Assembly: GCA_900617105.1 (NCBI GenBank)
Contig: UYFQ01000684.1
Location: 1-43,957 of the forward strand
Length of the DNA stretch: 43,957 nt
From: Hydrurus foetidus
Taxonomy: Eukaryota
Reading direction: 5' to 3'
Part shown: one piece after another, positions 36,262 to 43,957 of the stretch
Layout of the letters: the number at the start of each line of letters is the position of its first letter
How positions within the stretch are numbered: the stretch's first letter is position 1
Notes under the pieces: model-generated
The model's input: only the letters and a program-made list of their open reading frames with translations
The model's database searches: none
Told to the model about the DNA's origin: nothing
Translations under genes and position numbers: made by a program

Positions 36262-36586
36262 TGATCAATATCAAAAGAAATTATCTTGTGTTCTTTCGAC
36301 TCAATACACTGCGATGCAAACGTGATTATCGATATGAATCGACGATAGCACAGCTAGGCTATTTAGACAGTAGAATGAACAGCAAACAAGAGAAAACTGT
36401 AGAGTGCGTTAGCGACTATGAACGCAATGAAGTGCATTATCGGTGTCGCGTGAAATGCAATCAAGAATGTTCCGCACGAAAGAGGGTATCCGGTTTCCGG
36501 ATGGTTAGAACGCACGTATTATCTCAGCGCCCACGCGCTCTCCAAAGAACTAGTACCAAGCGTCCGCAAGCTCCCGTTAGTTGCGC

Positions 36587-38845
36587 CAATAATCAAGTCA
36601 ACAATTCTGTGAATAATCGCAATAAGAAAATAGCGCCTAAAAATTTATTTCTGTCTGTCCTATCACCTAGCGAGAGGAAAACGAGAAAAGACAAATTGGA
36701 CCTCAATGTTGTCCGTGATTTTTGTCACGATATTTGTAGACTGGATACCTTCGCCTCTGCCAAGATATTTGTCCATAACTATGATGGGACTAGATCCTAT
36801 CATCAAGTGCATATTAAAAGTCAATCACTGATAAAATACTATAAAATATTTCAAAACTCAAATGGATATCATAGTTGGCAAAACAAAAATACGAGGACTA
36901 CAAAATCTACCGATAATCAGAACCGAAACATAAAAAAGCCTACAATAAAATTTTGTTCACTTACAAATGCATTCTGTCCCTGTTGCCTCGATCAAAAACA
37001 ACGAGATTGTGCAAATCACGTACAAATTAATTTGATAAACGCACTGAAATCTCTTGGCAACTTAAGACGATTTCATACTGTATCGGTAGGAATTAAAAAT
37101 TGTCAATGTGAGGGACATAAAAATATTAATTATTTACAGTGTCCTACCTCTGTTAGTAAATTTATGGAAGCGGTACTTTGCCCCAAAATCCAATATGCTT
37201 CTTTATCCGCAGAGTCTAACATATCTGATAGTATAGAAAAACAGCAAAATACAAATATTCAAGTGTTAGCTGACAGAGACGTAAGTAAAGGGAACGGGAT
37301 AATAAAACCAAAAAATAGAAACTTAAAACGGGAGGGAGCAGCAAGGCAAGCAAAGGATATTCCGTTATTGAATTGGGGACCATTATTTAGTTGTCAGTCT
37401 AAAAAGTGCGCTTACCAGAAATGTGAAGAATGTGGTATAAAGAAATTCTTCAACAGCACAAATATGTGCGACGTAGAAAGAAATGTTGATATAGAAGTAA
37501 TCGTCAGAAAGTATGAGAATGTTCAGGGTAGATCAAGGGGTATGCAATTAGAAATAATAGAGGTGAAAATGAATGGAGACGAATTACTAGATCATATTAT
37601 TCAATGCGCTTCCCTTGCTCTACCTCACGAGTGGAATGTTAAGTGGAATGTACACGCACGTACGATATGTGTTAATAAATCTAGTAATGAAGTACTAAAT
37701 CTAATGACAGATTTCTCAGCAGTGCTTGATCATGATGTCCAGGACAAATTAAATACAGCCATACCTTGTCGTTCTAATCAGTGCATATTTTTGGCGACGC
37801 ACAGTCCTAAAATTATCTCACTTGAAAATAAGTGCCTAAAAAGAGTACAAGAAAATGATGTATGGCGTTTTTGGCCAGCACAGGGAGGAGTTCTTGAAGC
37901 AAACATATATTACCACAGTGTTTGTACAAGACACATTATCAACAAACTATCTCATTTGGATTTGAAGAGGACAAACATATTTACAGACGGATGTGCTGAG
38001 CAGTATAAGAGCCGCCGTAATGGGCGCTTTTTAACGTCATTAGCAGAAGATACTAGGATGACCGTAACACATAACTACGCCCCAACAGCTTCATTCAAGA
38101 CAATGGTGGATGGACAGGGCAACGTGACAAAAGCATTTTATAGAAAATTAGAAAGAAGCGAGGATGAGGGTACATGATGTCAAACAACTTACCAGCTCTT
38201 TCTACTATTTGTTATGAAGCATCCTCTCTCCCCTGAAAATACAGAAAACTCGAAGAAAAATCCTATGACGACAACAAATCGTTATCATCGTTATTTAGTT
38301 GATATCAAAGACGCAACACCAGAAATGATACAAAGAGCTGAATTGGAAAAAGATGTTATCATAACAGATTACATTGGCGAAAGGTGGGATTCTCCTCCGA
38401 TCAAGGGAATAAAGTCTCTATTTAGTCTTATTGCAAAAGAAAAGGATAGCAATGTGTACTTACACAGTAGAGAGCATACGTGTTTTTGTCAACATTGTAT
38501 GGAGGAGAAGTTTCGCGAGTGCCTACATCTGAGATATCTGGTCCGCTGAAGTTGGAACTGAGCACAAGGCTTCCATTTAAGGAGCCTTCGATCAAGAAAA
38601 ATGTCGAAGGCTCAGAGGTTGAGCGAATAAATTTCTTCAAGGGCGCCCTACCCTTGAGCGGTCCGACACAGATTTTAATAGCGATTCGAAGAGAAAGATT
38701 AGACACGAATGATGAACCATTTTTACTGGGAGTTATGTCGAAAAAAATTAAAGAATCTATCAAAGAACATGAATACGAGTATACAATATCGGGATTGAAA
38801 AATAAAATCAAAATAGCTAAAGGTGTTAATTGTGTCACATATTAG
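36587..38845 (+). pseudogene. 3' part of Sola2-like DDD transposase
   Basis: Catalytic candidates LMTDFSA, FTDGCAEQYKSR and SFKTMVDGQG; Cys clusters (CPCC..CANH, CQSKKCAYQKCEECG, CFCQHC); in-frame stop at 38175 and frameshift near 38540. The family assignment is from recalled motif resemblance. Confidence 0.65.
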
Positions 38846-39802
38846 TATACATAAGGTGAAAATAAGTGATAAATACACTATTTAATCATCAAAAATTGCA
38901 ATAATGACGCTGAGAACAGCGTTTAAATGGCGCACCTGGATTGACCAACAGCTGTGATCGAAGTTTCTTTGATGCATAGAAAGCACTAGAAGACTTATTT
39001 AACCAACCACCCTTATTCCAATATTTTGAAACCTCCCTTCATGCCTCGCTCTGTATAATATGCTCAGCAAAAATCGCTCGGCTTGTTGTAATCGACGTAA
39101 TATTTTTCAACGCATTAATGCTAGGTTCAGGGGGAAATTCCTGAGGATTCCTAGCCGAATACAGTCCGCAGCCACTTGATAATTCTTCACACAGTGAAGA
39201 TAGCACAAGAAGCTTACGCTTCAAACTATTCAACGAAGTCTTGACCACATGTCGTCATGCTGTAACACCGATTGGAATTCGAAGCAATGTTACTATCAAA
39301 TACTAGACGGATCACCTAATCTATTGACTTGATTTTTCCTAATTGCATCATACTGTGATTAAAAAATAAGGGGGTGGAGAAGTCAGCATTTTGAGTTTCG
39401 ATGTGTGCGGTTACGAATCTCTCCATAAGACCAAATGTACGTAGCCATCGACTCAATAACACTGTATGGTTGTTGCAGCACTAAGATCTCAGCAAAAGAA
39501 GTTCCGATGACAAATCACGACTCGAAATATCGATGTTGGTGATTCAGATGAAACTATGAATTTTTAGGTTACAATTGGAAGGAAAATGTGATCTCCAGCA
39601 AACTCACCATGGTCGGTGCAGTCGACTAGCGAAGGTGACAGTCCAAGTCGTTGATTGTTGTGTTATTAAATGTGCTGTGTAATAGGTGATGTGGCTTGTT
39701 CCTGTACACAGTTGAGAGAACGTACCAAATAATCCAAAAGCTGGTCGACCGATCTTGCAACCGGTGCGCGCGGGTCGAAAAGGACCCCAAGGGATGAAAC
39801 AA

Positions 39803-41111
39803 TAGAGTGGTGGAGCAATCCGGAAATCCCGCTTTTTTGGGGGTAAATCCGGATTGATCCGGAAGTTGACTTCTGGATTGATTTGGATGTCCCACTCTAA
39901 AATACTCCCATCCAGAAGTCATACTTCCTGATCGATTCGCCCCCTAAACTCAAGCTGCTGCTGTCTGAGCTTACAGTACAGCCCTCGTAGCAGTAAGAAT
40001 ACATACTCCAGCAAGCACAAAAATACTCCGATCGCTGGGTAATTTTTGCTGGAGTCAACAGCATCGGTCGTGTGCACTCCATGTCGTCTGAAATTCTGCT
40101 AACGATGACTTGGGCATTGATTTCTCTGTGATTTTCATCGCACTCCTCAAAATAGAAGCCTGTTTGTAGAAATAAACGTTCCCGAGCCAACACTCTTCAG
40201 CTGTGACGCTGTCTGATCAGAAAAGTGCGCAAGGTGCTTCTTTTTGGATCCCAAACGAGTCTCAGGACGCTGATAAAGGACCGCAGGTGAAATCTTCCAC
40301 GTTCCCGAACGTCAGATCAAGCCGACAGCTTCAGATCGCTACGGCTCGTGTCCCACAAGGTCATAAAGAGCATCAAAGATAACTGTGTGCCTTGCGGCGA
40401 CTGGCGGCGCGCCAGTCTTCTCGCGGTCGCTCAAATTACCTACTATACATTTTTACGGCTAGATATCACTTTTGTGGTCTACCTGTAGATATAAGAAAAC
40501 ATTCTTCAGGCACAGCATTTCTTATTTTAAAAAGATGCATAGTTTTGAGATCTACTGCCGTGCTACGGCAGCCGAATACTGTCGGCAGGCCTTGCCCTAG
40601 CTGTCCCAAAAGGTCGCTGTCTCTGAAACCTTCCCAGCAGGAGTCGAAAATTCTTAGAATTCGAGATCAGCAGTAAGAATGTACGCAAAAGATGATGCCA
40701 TATGATTGCGAAAATGTTTGAGAGCCCGAGGGCACTTCAGTTGCTGAGGAGGTGATATACTTGGGGGTTGATAGGAGAAATCATCACTTAATGATGAAGG
40801 GCTAAAATGACGAAATTAGGAACTTTTACTTGACTGCAAAAAAGAAATAATGCTGACTGCTACGAAAATCTAAATGAACCTCGGAGCTATCTAGTTTCTA
40901 GCAAAAAGGCTGCGTCGATAATCTATTTTGAGTCGATATCATACTCCATTACCCACATGCACTAGGGAGAAGTCGAACTCACCGGTCTCTTGGGGGTTCC
41001 ATTGATCCGAAATTCCGGAATTAATGTGCTTCACCACGGATCCGATCATGAAAAATAATCTGGAATTTTTCAAAACCTGGATCCGGAATTCCAGGTTGCT
41101 CCATTACCCTA
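39803..41111. mobile_element. Possible hAT-like non-autonomous remnant
   Basis: Imperfect 27-bp inverted ends TAGAGTGGTGGAGCAATCCGGAAATCC and revcomp TAGGGTAATGGAGCAACCTGGAATTCC, with TCCGGA-rich subterminal regions on both sides. No TSD found. Confidence 0.4.
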
Positions 41112-43957
41112 ATGTAGCCAGCTTTTGTCAGATTAACCACTAACGTAGTTACGTCTGTTGTATAGTAGCAGATATGGTAGTATAGATACACGTTAGGTAG
41201 TACTTTAGGTAGTACTATATACATATATGCGTAACCGTACGTACACCATAGAACGTACACCGTACATACCAGATAATATGGCCGTTGGCGATACATCCCA
41301 TATTCGAAAGCACCCTTTCAGTGCCAACAACTGCTATGATCTTTCTTGCAACGCCACACATGATTTCACCTCTACCTTGCTCGTCACCTCTTTTGCCAGG
41401 TTGCCAATCACATGTTAGTTGCATATGTAGATTGCCAACTGCAGATCTTCTGTTTCTTGTAAACCTAAGCAGATCTTAATCGATATAGCTTGCAGCTTCG
41501 CCGACACAGCGTTCTAGTCGAGTCTTGGAGTTCTACTGCAGTAGCCTCCACACCAATTGGACTATACGTCATCAGGTGATATCCTTTGTGGTAGTTCCGG
41601 GTCCAAGGTCCCGATCCTACCGGATAGTACTACGGTACACTACCCACCGTACACTACAGTCTGTTGTATCGTCGTAGCCTTATACAGCCTCCACGTAGAA
41701 GTTAACCCTAGCTTCTAGCTTTTGCTGTAACTAACTACGATCCCTAGTCTTTCCTCTCTTCCTTTCCCCATCCCGAGCTATAATAGCGCTATCCCCGCTC
41801 ATCCTTCTTCGCTTCTTCCTCTAAAACCTCCTCGGCCAATCTTTAGATAGACTTCCAACGGAGTACGACATACTCCACGACTTCCGAGAGGAGTTGTTTT
41901 CTCGCCGAGCCCGAAGCTCCGAGAACTTAGTTAAAGTTTACGGAAGTTTGGCTAAGCCGCTTCCCTCTTGGAACCCTCCGAAAGGTGTTTCCAAAAGTTC
42001 GTTTCTAGTCGAAGTCGCGAGAGGCTTCCCAACTCGAAATTAAGGAGTTCTCCGCTGGCAATTTGGACACCGCTTCCACTGCTAGAGACATCAGATTAGT
42101 GTGAGGACGTCTTTTGGTCGACAGGAAGTTCTTCCTTCATCCTTAACAGGACCCAAAAATTTCACCACCCAAATTCGGCTTTCGCGCCATAGAATTTTTC
42201 TCGAGAAGAGTGGGTTGAAATTCAATTCTTCGTTGTTCCTAGCGTAAAGGACCCTTTTAACCGACAAGGCGAAGCCCTCGCAAATTTTTTTTTGACGAGG
42301 GGCTTCTGTCTTCGATGAGTTACAATCATATTTCTCCAAAGAGATATATCATTGTGTCAGCAGGTGATTTCTGCTTGTCTTTTGACAGAAGATACACAGA
42401 GAATTCGGAGGTGGACACGATCGCCCCTCTGCATAATTGTCTCTCATATCCTAGAGAATCGTTTTCAACGATTACTCGATAAAAGCGATGTCATCATGCA
42501 GAGTTATGGACTCAGCGCGACATCGTAGTTTGCGACTGATTTTCATCAGTTTTTCACCTAAATAAGGTCAAAACCTCTCGCTAGATGCACTTTCGTCATG
42601 GTAACATGAATCGCACATTCAGAGCACTTGAATCGCGCGGGTTAGTGATATCTTGATGAATTAAAATAATGTCTTAACAGATTCTACACCCATTGAATAT
42701 TCGGGGTTCGACTCCCGATAGGGGTGGGCCATCGTTTAGTATATTTGCAAAATAAGATGTTATTTCGCAGATTTTAAGATCCTTCTTCAGATTGTAATTT
42801 CATCAAACCAACGTCAGAATTGACGATTGCACACAAACATTTTTATTTTATTTTATTTTTTAAAAACAACTGAGAACGATACTTCTCAGAGTATACTGCT
42901 GATAACAAATTGCCAGGCAATATTCAGAAATGGAATGGCTTCGCCCCACAATCTTCGTCTTCATGTTGCTAAAAGCTTAGTGCAGAAGCGAAACAAAACA
43001 ATATTCCACGCGAATACATTGAATTCATGGGCTCTCGTACGTTCGATCCTGTTTATATGATTCAAACCAATGTGATATTCTAGGGAAATGATACATATGC
43101 ATACATATATTTGTTCAAATATATACATCAGGCTCTCGTTCGTTCGATCCTGCCTTTGACTTCAACATTTCTTTAAATTTGGCCAAGGCCAAACTTCATT
43201 CTTATGAGGGTGAATGTCATACTATCCTGTTAACCTTGCGAGTTAATAGGAACACAGATATCGAACTTTTGTTCAGTCGTATAACTGTAAATAATTATGA
43301 TTTCATGTCATTGACACATTTTACTTTTAGTATCTCTCATGAGATCCGTGCTGAGAACAAAAGGAAATGTGACACTCGTCGGCGCGAGTTTGAAGAAAGG
43401 GAAGCGATAGCCAAGCTTGACCCACTTCATTGGCACAAATATACTAGGCGTATGATATCCGAGGGTTTTGAACCCGAGGAACCTGAGTTATAGTCAATCA
43501 CCCCAACCTATGATTTGTTGAAGGGTATCACACAGACTGGACTCGCTCGTTAAAGAGAGCCATACGGTCTATGCCAAACGCCAAAACCTAAGAAGGCCAT
43601 TTTGCACGCACCTTTAACCAAGGAAGTCGTGAGGTCAGGTTGTCATACAACGTTCACGTGTAGCGTTACCCAGGTTGGTTCCGAGGGAGTCGCGACCCAA
43701 AGTCCATGTGATGATGTGGGTTGTTAGCGACTGGCTAGTGTCACGACTAGACTCGCAAAACGTACAGCTGATTCTCCGCACCTAGGTGGCGACTCGATTC
43801 CTACCCTCACACATACCTCTCGGGACTCTGTTACATCAGACTATGACGTGGAAGCCTTATGGCCAAGCGGTGTCGCACTCTCCGTTGACGAGATTGACAA
43901 TGACAAAACTGGCACTTCCGCACCTTTCTTGCGTGACAAGACGTGCCGAAATGTTCC

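Larger units (their letters stand above)
30388..36586 (-). mobile_element. Tyrosine-recombinase (DIRS order, Ngaro-like gene content) retrotransposon, ~6.2 kb
   Basis: gag-like, RT, RNase H and YR ORFs on the minus strand. Removing it restores the host frame (GAT GC|C AAT AAT = D-A-N-N), with GC present at both junctions. Confidence 0.88.
22286..39802 (+). mobile_element. Degenerate DNA transposon with DDD transposase (Sola2-like) and long diverged inverted arms, hosting nested Copia and YR retroelements; exact termini unresolved
   Basis: Collinear inverted similarity between ~22383-22905 (and copy ~28854-29376) and ~39331-39804, e.g. CGCGCACCGGTTGCAAGATC, ATGGTGAGTTTGCTGG and ACATCGATATTTC. 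The transposase reading frame is split by the inserts. Confidence 0.65.

Noticed and set aside
36261..36586. N-terminal ~108 aa of the 638-aa ORF as part of the transposase
   Set aside because: It is the antisense 5' UTR of the inserted YR element, open by chance; the host frame resumes at about 36587.
39934..39944. GGGGGCGAATC (revcomp) as right terminus matching GGGGTTGAATC at 22283
   Set aside because: Spacing is suggestive, but there is no TSD, the intervening sequence is unrelated, and it lies inside the putative hAT-like insert.
41120..43957. Protein-coding genes in the final ~3 kb
   Set aside because: Only short ORFs with stops and no recognisable domains; left unassigned as probable decayed repeats.

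Overview
Eukaryotic nuclear DNA with short GT-AG introns. The host is most likely an ochrophyte alga with a secondary red plastid, inferred from a nuclear cbbX with a bipartite plastid-targeting leader. There are four host genes: a low-complexity repeat protein (3757-7405), cbbX (8279-10020, minus), PEX5 (15362-19686) and a PiT/PHO4-family phosphate transporter (20431-22136, minus). They lie among decayed transposons: the 3' part of a Copia LTR element (1-~3330) and a complete MULE with TIRs, a 9-10 bp TSD and an internal 19-bp minisatellite (10268-14349). A ~17.5 kb nested block (~22286-39800) follows. It is a Sola2-like DDD DNA transposon with long diverged inverted arms, and it contains a full-length Copia (23463-28756, flanked by a 1176-bp direct duplication instead of a TSD) and a tyrosine-recombinase retrotransposon (30388-36586). 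The most unusual signals are: (i) the Copia has no tRNA PBS but an 11-nt PBS exactly complementary to its own LTR (Tf1-style self-priming); (ii) the YR retroelement has no visible terminal repeats, but a hairpin after the gag stop imperfectly matches its predicted circle junction; (iii) both inverted arms of the Sola-like element carry an inward-facing ATG-intron-exon module. The last ~4 kb is mostly unassignable decayed sequence. All calls come from manual motif reading; no searches were run.
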